A DNA stretch of 64,000 nucleotides from Styela clava. Its lineage: Eukaryota. The stretch is taken from NCBI RefSeq assembly GCF_964204865.1, contig NC_135252.1, positions 20,584,001 through 20,648,000 of the forward strand. Direction: 5' to 3'. Shown in pieces: positions 40,001 to 52,713 of the stretch. How positions within the stretch are numbered: the stretch's first letter is position 1; each line of letters opens with the position of its first letter. Below the pieces are notes generated by a model. That model did no database searches. It had not been told where the DNA came from and saw nothing but the letters and a program-made list of their open reading frames with translations. The position numbers and the translations under genes were made by a program.

Positions 40001-43000
40001 ACAGTATAGGAAGACGTGCACTTGTGATATTCACTGTCCAAATCCAATTCACCTTGGTTGGCTTTTATATTGGGTGCATTGCTGTTTTATTACTTATAGA
40101 TCTTTATTACTTATCGATCTTTAGATCGGTAAGTATGTTGATAGGTATTTGTCTGTTTGTCTGTTAGATGCACGCGATATCTCACGATGGCGTGGTTGAA
40201 TCTGCTCCAAATTTTGCATGTGCATTCATTATATCTCATACCAGTAGCCTATTGCTTTTGGATGAATTATGTCTTATAATTAGCGAGTTATTAATTAATT
40301 AGTGATGAAGAGATCTGGATTTTTACAAAGCGAGAGATTTTCGAGACGCGCTGAATGTGTGTGTGCGTGTCCGATGCGCAAGTTTTCACGCTAGTGAGTC
40401 AGAGCGAAGGATACACACCGCTAGATCGTATCTCGTGATTAATCTTTAAGCATTGTCCATATCTCTCTTGTAGTGGCGGCGCGTCAATAGGGCCGAAAAA
40501 AATTCGAAAAATATTCGAAAAATACCTCAATATCGGTTGCACAGACTGTCTACACTAGCCATATTCTCCCGACATGGTTCATTTTTCGCTCGCAAAGCCT
40601 TCGCCGAACGTCGACAGGGCGACGCCGATTTTGCCCCGGTTGCTCATTGTGTATCGTATTCTCTCTTTTATCTTCCACTCGCCGCGTTTGTCTCGTTTGT
40701 TTTCTGTTTCTTTTACTAAATCATCGGGGCCGATCGGGGCTAGCCCCGAAATTATGACGACACAATGCCGACGTTTCTTACAACAACGTGTTGACATATT
40801 CACGCATTCCTTCTCGTTCGTTGGTTGCTTGAAGAGTTGATAGTTTCCTCGCCTTCGTTTTTGTCGCTTGTTTCGCTATTTGAATCAGTTAGAGACCTTT
40901 AGTCCATTTGCTTTCGATTTTCCACATTCCTTTTGAGCTCCTCACTTCTTTCCGGCTTCGCATTTCTTAGCCTTAGACCTCATAATGAATAAGGTTGATG
41001 CACTACTTCGCACTCCGTTTTCGCAGCTGCCGCTGGAACAAAAATTAGAGGTACAACGTCTTGGGCCTTATCAACCAAAAAATTGTTCACTGGAACAATC
41101 CCATGACGAAGGAAAGCGTCGGCGTACATTCTGCGCAGAAACTTGGTATAAAAAACACGAATGGTTGTGTTACAGCGAGGACAAAAATGCACTTTTTTGT
41201 TTTATTGCCTACTTTTTGCTACCGCCCTTGACTCACGTTGGTGTAAATTTGGTTTTAGAGATCTTAAACATCTTTCCGAGCGTGCCAGGGATCATCAATC
41301 TTCTATGGAGCATCTGGACAATGCAGTAAAATACCGAACATTCGGAAATGTTAATATTGCAGCACAGTTGGATGAAGGACGCGCGGTTTCTATTCGTCGG
41401 CACAACCAAAACGTCGAGAAAAACCGCCATGTTCTCGGTGATTGATAGATGTTTTGAAGTTCATTGGTTGTCACGAGCTGTCCCTCCGTGGGCACGATGA
41501 ACGGGCTGGCTCTTCTAATAGAGGGGTATTTTTGGATATGGTGGAATACACCGCATCCCTAGATACAGTATTGAGAGATCATCTCGATGCCGCAACTGTT
41601 TCGAAAGGGACATCTAAGGATATCCAAAATGATTTGCTCGACTCAATGTATAAAATTTATTTACAACATTTGGCTCTGGAAATTGAGAATTGCCAGTTCC
41701 TTTCGATTCAGTCTGACGAGACAACTGACATCACGTGCGTTTCCCAACTGGCTGTGATTTTTCGGTTTGTGAAAGATGGTAAACCTACCGAGAGATTTCA
41801 CAGCTTTGTACCAATCGTTGATCGCACGGTTTGCGGGATATCGGCTGTACTGAAAGAAGTGTTACAGCCTTACAACGCGAAGTCAAAATTGATAGCTCAA
41901 ACTTATGACGGCGCGGCAGTCATGAGTGGGTCGAAACATGGTGTTCAAGTTTATATAAAAGAAGATTTTCCTCATGCGCATTTTTTACATTGTTATGCAC
42001 ACCAATTTAACCTCGTTATTAAAAATATGTGTCTTGATACCCCTCTCGTCCGTATATTTTTTGCAAATGTTTCGGGGTTTTCTTCATTTTTTTCCGTTTC
42101 GCCGAAGCGCTCTGACCTCCTTCGCCAGATATGTAGCCGCCGTCTCTCAGCTTGTGCACCAACACGTTGGAACTTCCAATCACGCGTGGTGCAGGGCGTG
42201 TCCGAAATTAGGTCTGAGCTCATTGAGTGTTTCAATGGCATTCAGAGCTCTCCGGTTTGGGACGAACGCTCTGTGAGGGAGGCGGCATGTCTAAAGCGTC
42301 TGCTAGAAGATGGTGAGTTTTCATTTTTTCTCGCTTTTTTCTCCACAATATTCTATCACGTGGATGTATTATACGGCGCATTGCAGTCAAGGCTAATGGA
42401 TGGAGCGTCTGTGCAGTCGTGTATTTCAGACTTCGGCGATGCTGTATCTCGTATCCGGGAAACAATAAAATACGACGACACATGGAGTGCTTCTTTACGC
42501 CGCGGGCAAACAACGCAGCGTTTGATTTTGTCTGCAAAGGAATGCTGTGACATTCTGGTGAATCCAATAGGCGATCGTCTGCGCATTGAACACCTTGACG
42601 CGTTCTCTTTGATGAACCCCAAAAATTTTTCAAAATTTGCACGTCAATTTCCCATCCATTTGTTGGCTACTGTCTCCAAATTTTACCCCATGATAAACGT
42701 GGGCAAATTGGAAAATGAATTGCGATGTATATACACCAATCAAACTTTTTTGAACATCATCATCCTTGGCTGTTTTATCCATTCACAGAGACGTTATTTC
42801 TGGGATGCATGACTTTAATCAGCGCGTTATTGAGCATTTTGCTTCCAAGAAACCGCGGCGTGTTGCATATATGTTCAAGCAGTAGAAGTCTAGCAGCATA
42901 TATATCTATGAGTGAGCGACGCATGTCCTTATCTTTGCATTACCTTTCCTTTCTTCATAGTAACGTTTCAAACCTTATTTTAGGTTTTGTCTGCTTTCCC

Positions 43001-44930
43001 GATGTTTCTGTTAATATTTCATTGTATTTATCTGGGTAAATATTGCCTTTCCTTTTGAAAGAGGTTTCAAAATAAACTATGTCTATATTTATTGATCCCT
43101 TGACTTGGACCGGTTTTAAAGACACTTTCTTATCGTTAAAAATTGTCGCTTTTGCCGATTGGTTATTACCGATGGAATGGTTTTTCAAACTCATAAAATG
43201 ATGGGAGAACTTACAGCGCTCATCCTGTCCCCGTGGATGGGGGTGACTTGGTCCCGCAGTAGCTTGTCCCGGTTGTCAAAATGACCACGCGCCGCCACTG
43301 CTCTCTTGTAACTTTGACGTCGTCGCGATGCGCAAGTTTCGAGAAATTTCCCACGCTATTGAGTCAGAGCGAAGGATACACGCCGCGAGATCGTATCTCG
43401 TTACTTATAATTACTCTTTAAAGTTTAAGCAATGTCCATATCCCTCTATCAGGTTCGGGGTTGCAGAATTCCTCACCAAAATATCGCTAGGCTGTGTTTG
43501 AATAGCCGTCGCAACCCGGGTTAGCGCCGTTGTATTTGACACAAAATATAGGTGTCAGAGTGCGCCATTATGACGTCACTTAACTGCGTCATACAATTTA
43601 ACTTAAATCCGGCTACGATCAAAAAAATTGAACCATGGCAAATCTAGCGATCACCCTGTATTATCTGTATCAATCTTCACGGTACACGTACTCTCAAAAC
43701 ATTTATTTCATTTATTTTTTCCAACAGAATTTATGTCGACGAAGAAAAAATCTGAATCTGATCTGGTAGGAATAAAAAACAGTGTTCAATCTGACTTGAA
43801 AAGTGTGAAAAGCAATGTTCAATCTGACTTGGAAAATATGAAAAACAATGTTCAATCTGACTTGAAAAGTGTGAAATTCAATGTTCAGTCTGACTTGGAA
43901 AATATGAAAAGCATTGTCCAGTCAGGCGATGATAAACTTGTGAGTATTTCTCAACAATAATTAAATCTGACATACGTCAGATTCAGTTATCACTCTATAT
44001 TTCAGAGTTTGAAATTTTAAAAAGAGTCGATGTTCCAGAATTGCCTGCTGAATGGTTTCAAACAACACAATTCTAATTAAAAAACCTGATTCATAGTCTC
44101 TCCTGGCTTCGACAAGGTTTTATCCTCTTTCGCTGTAGCCGTATGAACTAATTTCTCACTTCAACAAAACTTGCATTAGATTAATTTCCTCCCAAGAGTC
44201 CCACGCGATCAAATTCTGTCTTCAAGTCAATTTTCAAGAAAGCCAGTGCACAGACGATAGCAAAGGAAAAGACACTTCTTAAGTGACTAATAGTTAAAAC
44301 TTTTTTTCCATTAGATGAGGGTTATGGAGTCGCAAATTGAAAAAATCTTATTGTTATCTGAATGGTTCAAAGCCAGCAATAATTATTTCTATAAACGGTT
44401 TTCCGAGAAAGTCGATTACCAGACTGCGAGAAACCGCTGCCAACAACTGGGTGCTCAGTTAATTTCCACTGGCTTTAGAGATCCGGCTGTCAGAAGGTAA
44501 CTGTTACTATATAATGTTTGTTGCTATTTTTCAAGATAACTTTTCTTAGTTTTAATGCGATATAATGTCTTTGGCAATACTCGAAAGAAATTTATTTTCA
44601 ATATTCATTTTGGAGACTTGTTTAAGAATGTTTTTATTATTTTATATTTTTAGTGAAATTCATTCAAAGATTTGTATTCACAACACCATGATGTGGATAG
44701 GGCTTGATCAAATTGAACGCAAAGATGTTTGGGTTTGGTCAGATGGGACGATCGTCAACGATTTAAGAAGTGTACCCTGGAGAAAAGGTGAACCGAATAA
44801 CGCAGGAGGAGGCGAGAACTGTGGAGAATATCTTTGTGGAGCATCGTATAACGGAGTGAACGATAAACGTTGCAATACAAATTACGCCTATGCTTGTGAA
44901 AAAGAATTCTTTCATAAATTGCAATTATAA
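37051..44930 (+). CDS. Type II transmembrane C-type lectin C, 328 aa, with 5x 11-aa neck repeat; exons 37051-37111, 37790-37891, 39344-39496, 43728-43939, 44315-44496, 44654-44930
   Basis: GT-AG introns, in frame (987 nt). Starts MGSRVQEHERSVDEKLSMYK; TM KIAVVVLTIVTAMTMY; (SDLxxxKxxVQ)5; CTLD WIGL, WVWSDG, EPNN, ENC, VND, YACEK. Confidence 0.9.
37166..37620 (-). mobile_element. Tc1/mariner transposon 3' remnant in lectin C intron 1
   Basis: ORF 37318-37575: WSPHSPDL..FYLCELLKDTVY.NNPKTIVELK..I...I..I......VIDNFARRLQVC....GHLDHV is the typical C-terminus of a mariner-class DDD transposase; TA(T)AGGGTGTCCCAAAA terminus. Confidence 0.8.
38200..38734. mobile_element. hAT MITE
   Basis: TIR CAGTGGTTCCCA / TGGGAACCACTG with exact 8-bp TSD ACATATAC. 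Confidence 0.85.
40471..43300 (+). mobile_element. hAT DNA transposon, 2.83 kb
   Basis: TIR (T/C)AGTGGCGGCGCGT; exact 8-bp TSD CTCTCTTG at 40463-40470 and 43301-43308; contains a transposase pseudogene. Confidence 0.95.
40985..42885 (+). pseudogene. hAT (ZMYM1/DUF4371-like) transposase pseudogene with 2 frameshifts and an internal deletion
   Basis: TTF-like WLCYS...FCFYCLLF...W...GF; SIQSDETTD; AQTYDGAAVMSG; HCYAHQFNL; PTRW; C-terminal SLAVLSIHRD...VIEHFASKKPRR in another frame. Frame changes at ~41200, ~41440 and ~42760. Confidence 0.9.
43758..43925 (+). repeat. 33-bp coding tandem repeat (5 units, 66-bp higher order) in the lectin C neck exon
   Basis: TCTGA(T/C)(C/T)TG...GT(T/C)CA(A/G) units encoding SDLVGIKNSVQ, SDLKSVKSNVQ, SDLENMKNNVQ, SDLKSVKFNVQ, SDLENMKSIVQ. 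Confidence 0.9.
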
Positions 44931-45279
44931 AAATTAATAAAAACGAGGAAAATTACTGAAAATGCGTGTTTCCTCCATTTGCATTATTCGGCATGGCAAT
45001 AACACTAAGTATTGTGTTACCAAATGTCTACAAATAGCAGTGTTTTTTATTCGAAGTTCCGCGGAACCTAGGGTTTCCGAAACACTTATTCGATCTCGGT
45101 GAGAGTTCCTATTTCAATGAACGTGAATCCTAATGTAGAAAATCAATTTAATTCTGAACATTTTTATTTGGGGCCTTGCAATTAATAACATTTGGATTTT
45201 GTCACTAAAAAATGAAAAATGTCACTAAGGAAGATAGAACATTTATATTTTATATATATATATATATCCTGGGGATAGG

Positions 45280-45566
45280 AAAGTGGGTTCGCAGGTTCGA
45301 ATCCCATGCAGGGAGGGTTATGTGCGAGAGGATTGCTGGACTCCTCGCCGTCGTTGGGTGGTTCACGTAACCGCTGGTCGGTTACGGCTTCCTCCACCAC
45401 CAAGTCCATGCTTCCGAAAACAAACAATACAGTAAAAAACTAAATCCCATACCCGACTTGGAATGGTAACCGGACGAGAGGCCATGGTTCGCCATATGGA
45501 TAAGCCGTCTTATCGGCTTTCCTCTCCCCCGGGATAAATATGTAAATCCTATCCTATCCTATCCTA
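45280..45566 (+). mobile_element. tRNA-type SINE, 5'-truncated, with (ATCCT)n tail; other pieces at ~19915-20080, 50990-51090 (minus), 56290-56351 plus 62215-62308
   Basis: Box B-like GGTTCGAATCCC, shared body, short tandem-repeat tail. Confidence 0.7.
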
Positions 45567-46977
45567 AATCATCTAGCAAACGATGATCCCTATTCCTTTC
45601 GAGTTCTTCATTTGGTAATGGATATTCCACCCTATGCAGCTCGATTCGGGTATTTTGTTTAATAGTGAGCCAGAATATATATATCCGCACGTCCGATACT
45701 CAAAGTTATATGTTATCTATAACTAGGCTTATCATACGTCCCGCTTTAGGCTCGAACTCGAATTATTTGTACCGGTATCGTTAACGTCAATTCCTTCCTA
45801 TTTTTCGAACTGAACCCGATATTTGGACAGAGAATATGCGCATGAAATTTAACATAGGCTTTCTAGTAGAAGCAGGCACAAAACGTTTGGCTATTTATCT
45901 TACGTTGTTCGCTTCGCACAAGCTAGATGTTAGGGCATTTAACGCCATGGGTAAAGACAATAAATTAAATTTGTGTATAGGCTTTGTAGCGCACTCGCAA
46001 GTACCAGATTATACTGAATTAAAAACTTGTTTCGCAGGCTCACATCATTCGAAATTGCAACCTTTCCGCTGGCCTCACATTTTTTTCATTGTGGGACGCA
46101 TTTGGCCCGCGGGCTGTAGAGTGTACACTCCTGATCTAAACATGCTGCAATAAAAATAATATTAGAAATTAACATGTATTGTAAAAATCATCTATTTGTA
46201 CCTATTTCTTTGAATTTAATATATTTTGATCATCGTATCAGAACAAGATATTTAATCAAAAACCCGAAAGTCATAAGTCCATGATTGAATAGTGCAAAAA
46301 GTAGAAAACATTAGGTTGATTCCGTAATGCAATATACTAGTACAGGAGTAGGCTACACAGAATTTTGTGAGTCTGGGACTTTAAAATACATCAAGGATAC
46401 ATTTCAACACAATGTCATGCGACGTCTTTGACCAAGCCTACAGGTATTCGCTGTTTGACACAGGAGGTTATTGATATCTAATACAAAAATAATTTACTTG
46501 ATAAATCTAACTGTTTCTTATGTTATACCGTGTTTCTCCGAAAATAGGGCTGGGTCTTGTGTTTTTTCCCAAAAATAACACTAGGGTTTATTTTAGAGGG
46601 ATGTCTTATATTTTCATTTATTAAAAACAAAATTACAAATTGAAGAAATACGAGATTTTCAAATATACAAAATGTATATGAAAACCGATATCCATTTACT
46701 TATAAATAACACGTCTTTATTCAAAATAACTGAAAAATATAGATTTGCATCAATCATTTAGATTTGACTACTTTATGTATCTATTTTGTGGTCTGCCACA
46801 CGTGGCATTTGAGCGCCACCCGTTGTGGCAGCAACTAATATGATTGTACTATCAAGATATCACCGTACCTGTCAATCAGCATTCGGAATAAACGTTTGGT
46901 CTGTTGTCTGTGGCGTAGTTTTTGTTTCATCAAAAATAGCCGCTGCAGAACATTTTAATTCGAGGATATAATCGAAA

Positions 46978-48990
46978 ATGGTAAGTTTCATTTTCATATT
47001 TAATTCTTGGTCTTTTGTGGCGTACGGTAACTTATGTTAGTTAGGTACCGGTATTGATCCAGTATCATGTGGCAAACTTGTATTTTATTTCATTGTCCGA
47101 ATGTATGCTCCTTATGAATTTATTCGCTTATGGCTGTATGGTAGATTATCATGTGTTTTTCAACTTGTCTGAGTGTGCTCAAGCGCTTGTTACGATACCG
47201 GTACAGCACTTGGTACCGGTATAACATTAAACCTGTAAACCCTTTTCTAGTTTTTTTCCTGAATTTGGCTTCTTGGAGGTCCTACAGTGGTGGTGACTTC
47301 TCTACGGCCCATGAGCCGGGGCCACGGCCCATCTAATTGGGCCACATGGCCCATCAAGCTATGGGCCGCGGCCCCATCAGGAAAAATTCAATTATCTTAC
47401 CAAAATTTTCAATTTTTTACAAAATTGTCAATATTTGTACCAAAAAAAAAATCGTGGGATGCCACAAAAATTTTTTCTTAGTATAATAATTATAAGTTTA
47501 TTTTGACTCCATAATCAGCATAACAATAAAATGATTGGTAAAAAAATAAATAAAAACTGATTATGAAATCAAGAGAGCAAACAAAACCTTCTTACAATAT
47601 GGTAAGCCTTTATATAAAAATAAAGCAAAATACCAAGCTACAGAAAAAGAAAACTCCTGTGGTATGTGTACCAGGATAGGGTTAGGACAAAATTTCGTTC
47701 AAATTTTCCACATTGTAGTTCTATTACAATAATATGAGTTCGGGGACCTGGGGACTGTCTGTGTTGGCCAAGTGAATAGTCCCTTTACACAACTTGATGG
47801 GCCGAAGCCCAATTCGATGGGCCGTTGCCCCGGCCTATGGGACGTAGAAGAGTCACCACTTCCACTAGGGAGGTCTTCTGATCTAGGCTGAGTTATCTAC
47901 ATCCTGGTATAGACTGGAAGTTTAATGGCGAACCATACCTTGGTACTTTTGTCATTTGTACGGATGCCGTGCGGCCATATTACAGTATTAATCCTAAATT
48001 CTGAAATTAACCAAGGACTCGAGTGTACCATTCCATACCATCAGCTAAATTTATCGTGAAATTGGTTTGCAGGGGAAAAACAAACGCTGCAGAAAATTTG
48101 CTGAGATGAAGCGAATGCTCAATTTGAAAGACAGTCGAATATCAAAAGATAAACGACAAAAAACAAACACAGAGGAAAAGAAGAGGAGAGAATTATTAAA
48201 GAAAGGTGGAATAATTGAGAGACATGTTCCACAACATTCATCTGCAATGTTTTTTAAGTATAACGAACATCTGGGACCTCCTTATCATGTCTTGGTAAGT
48301 ATATGTATTGTGTTCTAATTTAGTTTTTGTCTTCGTTATAAATGAATTGTCAACAGAGTATTTATGCTATAATATCCTACTTCCTAAATGATAAAAACAA
48401 ATTTCTCAACCAAATTCTGAGCGTAATTTGGATAATGGTAATTTGCACTATTTTTATCCTAATGTCTCCAAAAGTTTTGGCATTTGGAATTGTATCACGC
48501 AATATTTCTTTGCATAGTTAGCCAAAAATGTATTTATTCTTATTGAATGTATAACAGGTTAATAACAGTATATACTAAATACAACTCATTTTTTCAGGTG
48601 GATACAAATTTCATCAACTTTTCCATCAAAAATAAGTTGGATATAATGCGGTCAATGATGGACTGTTTGTATGCAAAATGCACACCATATATCACAGACT
48701 GTGTGACAGCAGAACTTGAAAAACTCGGCCCAAAATACAGAGTAGCTCTAAGAATAGCAAAAGACCCAAGATTTGAACGCTTGCCTTGTCTACATAAAGG
48801 GACTTATGCTGATGATTGTTTGGTGCAAAGAGTCACACAGCATAAGTGTTATATTGTCGCTACTTGTGATAGAGATCTTAAAAGGCGAATCAGAAAAATT
48901 CCCGGAGTTCCTATAATGTATATCAGCCAACATAAATATACTATAGAGAGAATGCCTGATGTGTTTGGAGCACCAAAAACTGATCAATAA
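46978..48990 (+). CDS. FCF1: rRNA-processing protein FCF1 (Utp24) PIN-domain nuclease, 205 aa; exons 46978-46980, 48073-48294, 48598-48990
   Basis: M|[16 protein letters not shown]...[15 protein letters not shown]|[15 protein letters not shown]...[41 protein letters not shown] is the highly conserved FCF1 sequence. Confidence 0.95.
47282..47868. mobile_element. TIR element in FCF1 intron 1
   Basis: Imperfect ~50-bp TIR (GTGGTGAC...GGCCCATC / GATGGGCC...GTCACCAC) flanked by the direct repeat GGAGGTC. Confidence 0.65.
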
Positions 48991-50141
48991 AACTGATTTA
49001 TAATAGTTTTTCTTTGTGTTGTTTGGATAATGGACTTATCGATTGCTAAGGCAACTAGTTCAAGGAAATCACAGGCTGTAAGGAATTATTTTGCTCCCAT
49101 GAACCAGCAGACACACTAACATTGAATAGATGATGCCCTGGCATTATACTAATAAAGAAGACAATATTTCCAGATGATAGAATAATATCACTTGGAGATA
49201 TCAAACAAGTCGAATATATTTGAAATTAATTTCACTTTATGTTTGATATGGAAATGAATATTAGTATTTGAAAAGCTGCCATGTGCGGTTGGCATCTTAG
49301 TCATACAAACAATAGTCTTTGTTCAACTTCTGAAATTGTACATGTCAATTGAATATATATTTGATATTGAATTGGTTATGGCCATCCTCAATCTCGCTCA
49401 GCTGGGCATTTTTTTGAGCTAATAAAAATTGTTTCAATCATGAGATCCAGACATTTGTATGTTGTAGTAAATGATATCAATTAAAATTAGAGAGGTGGTA
49501 TAGCAGTGAGATTTGCTATTGAGGGATCGAATGTGATCATTATGCAGACTAGTCATCAAATCTTATTAAGGTAATCTGTTCTGGTTTCACATCAATTTAC
49601 ATTCATTGGTGCTTAGAGTGTACTATTGGCACAATGATATGCTACTGTGTAAATTGGGACTCTGCTTATTTGCCCTACATATGTTAAAAGAGTCTTTGTC
49701 CTGGGAAATTAGAATGTTAATAGCTCATCGTACCACTACTTATCTTGAACTGAACTGGTGTGATGGAGTGCCAAGGATGCTATTAATGTAACACAAACTA
49801 AAGCAATGACCATTACTTTTGTCTAGTAGCCAGTCCATGTTAGTTCCAAGTCTTAAAACTTAGTTTTATCCTACAGTTATGGATCATTTTTTGGGGGGGA
49901 AGGGGATAAGTGACCAACCAAAGCATTTTGCATGCATATGATTCTAATTTGAACCAGAATAAGTCATGGAAGGAGGCGGCAGTCGTATCTGAATCAGTTT
50001 GAAATATGACATGACAAAAATGAACGCATATACGTTTTAAAATTATTTCAGAACACAGTATCCAAGGGTTCTGTCCGCATACTCCAGTGGTTTCGCAGGA
50101 TTCCATTAAAATCCAAGAGTCCATATTAATATATGTATAAC

Positions 50142-50278
50142 CAGTAGTGGGATTCAGCCAGTTGGCACCGGTTCTATAGAACCGTCTCAGGGAATTTTAC
50201 GAGATCAGCGAAACGGTTAGCATTACATGACATTTGTATGATGGAACCGGCTGACAAAAAATTTGAATCCCACCACTG
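50142..50278. mobile_element. hAT MITE; same family at 55536-55715
   Basis: TIR CAGT(A/G)GTGGGATTCA; TSDs TGTATAAC and GGTATATG respectively. Confidence 0.85.
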
Positions 50279-52713
50279 TGTATAACCAATTACATTTTAG
50301 CTTTGCCACTATTATTAAAATTACTGCACTAAAGATCATTTCTGTCTCTGGGATTTCGCTCCGAAAAAAAGGTTGAATACTGAGGACTTCTAGGCTAACT
50401 TGAGCAACCGCTTGCAAAACTATCGGACAAGAACTGGAATAAATGTATTTATTAACAGAGATCTCCACCAAAAAGCTTTAAAACAACTAGAACTAAAATG
50501 TGAGATATATATAATTTGAATATACAAGACAGGAATTAAAATACAGGTAAAAATTATCAAGAATTAAATAAAATCCATGCCTTGAAAAGAAAGAGACTCG
50601 AAACCTACGCTAAAATATACAATCACAAAATGTTATCACATCAATCGTAATTTTGACCCAAAGTAGACCTATCCAAATCATCAGATAACAGATGAGTTCT
50701 GAATGGTTTACTGTTACGGAATATAGTTACGGTTGACCGTGACAGCATACCGTTCCAGTTGACCGAATTTAATTTACAGTATCGTGCTGCTAAATTTGAA
50801 ATATTGACATATAATGCCAATCTATTGGTAGAAAGGCAATTAAGGCAGCATATAAAGTCTAAAACATCAGCAAAAATTAGAGAGCAAGTTGATCGTTAAG
50901 ATATTACATTGGTTGAAATTAGAAGCATGAGACAATGACAGACTGCAAACATAAGATGCGGCAAGCTACAAAAAGCAGACAGGAAATGAGTCACATATTT
51001 ATCCCGAGGGAGAAAAAGTCGATAAGACAGCTTAATCATGTAGCCAACCACAGCATCTCATCCGGTTACCAGTTGGGTATGGGATCAGTTAGCCAGTTAC
51101 TATTTTGTTTTCAGATGTATGGACTTGAATACTGAATACCTAAAACTGGTCAGAGTATTCAAGTAAAACAATTTACAAAGCTCATCCAGAGGAATTTTCA
51201 ATAGTTATCCCTAGATAGGCCTGAAAGCAAAGAAGATCTGAAAGTTTATCGTGCAAGAGTATTTTAAGACAATTAATTTCTTAATAAGCATTCAGATAAC
51301 CCTGTGGCCCCCATATGATTTGGAGTGGGTCATAAAATATGTATCGATTTATAGAAAATCACTTCTCTTTGGTTGAGATTTTTGAAACTGACATGAAATG
51401 ATCAAATCTAATGAGAGAAGTATGACAGGCTATATCAGACATTCAGTTCATGTTCTCTAAAATGATCAAACAAATGCACATATAATATAAATGACAATCA
51501 AGTTAACCCAATTCGCTGTGAGTTTGGAAACCGAAGACAAATTTCACCAAAGCAATACTCTGGTCACATGAGAAATGTGGCAATGACTCAGTTACACAAA
51601 AAGATACACAAAATAATAAAATAGAGAACTGGGTTATAACCGGGCCCTCGTGAATTTGGGAACCTCTGCCTGGCAATTCAGTGATACAACAGATAAATTT
51701 TGCCAAGCAAGACGCTAGTGAAATATGAAACGTGGCAATGACTCAGTTACACAGAAAGAATCACAAAATAATAAAATAAAGAGCCAGGTGAAACATGACC
51801 CACCAAGTCATTGAGTGTGGCCTTTGTCAACGAGCAGATTTTTTATTATCAAGCATAGAATCATAATCCTACAGTTGATGTTTAATTAAAAAGGCACTCA
51901 TATGGGTAAAAATACATAACGATTTCTGCTTGTCGCTGTGCTAAATTTTTCGCCGTTTTGCCCAGTGCCTTTAGTACTGTAAGGATAAGTGATAGCCACA
52001 TTTTTGTGTGGCACAGCTAGTTATCTAAGTTGGCTATATGGCCCACCAACAAAAAATGTTGCATACCCCTGGCATACACCATTCAGAGAAATTTTTTTTA
52101 CTCGCTACAACCAAATTTTAACGGTAACTAATAATAGATCCCTATACATCAGCGACTGTCTGTTCAGACGAAATGGAACGGATTTTCAAATCCCAATGGG
52201 AAATAATTACGATTCCAAACTATTTGTTATTGAACGGACTTTCACAAACGTACAAACTTTGCGAGCACTCATTCCAGTGGCATAGCCAAGAATTTCAGGG
52301 CGGGGGGGAGGGGTTCTGAAATTTCTTATTGCCAAGTAACACCGTGACAGCTGGCTGGACAATGTGGCTTTTTATGAGTTTTAAAGGTTTAAACTGCGTT
52401 TCAAGCTATTTCAAAAGGAGGGTTGCGACTCTTAATGGCTACGTTCCTGATCTGTATGTAAAACTTCTCTCTTAGCCAGTAAAATTTCCATAAAATGGCC
52501 AGTAATGTAGCAATTTTCTATAAAATCAGGTTTTTCATGATTTCATCGAAATAGAAAATTCAAAAATATATGATAAAACTAATCAACATCAAACGGGCAA
52601 GCCGATTTCGAGACATTTTTTATCTCTGGTCAAAGCACGACCATGAACCAGCATCGTTATGCATTGATTTGTGCAATCTTAGTTGGAAGTGAATTCTCAG
52701 TGATAATCTGTGT

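Larger units (their letters stand above)
39698..43645. mobile_element. TA-MITE copy 3, interrupted by HINE-like copy 3 (~40107-43530), which is itself interrupted by a hAT element
   Basis: 39698-40100 and ~43553-43645 are reverse complements of parts of the 13322-14145 MITE; sequence from 40107 matches the 17980 element. Confidence 0.75.
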
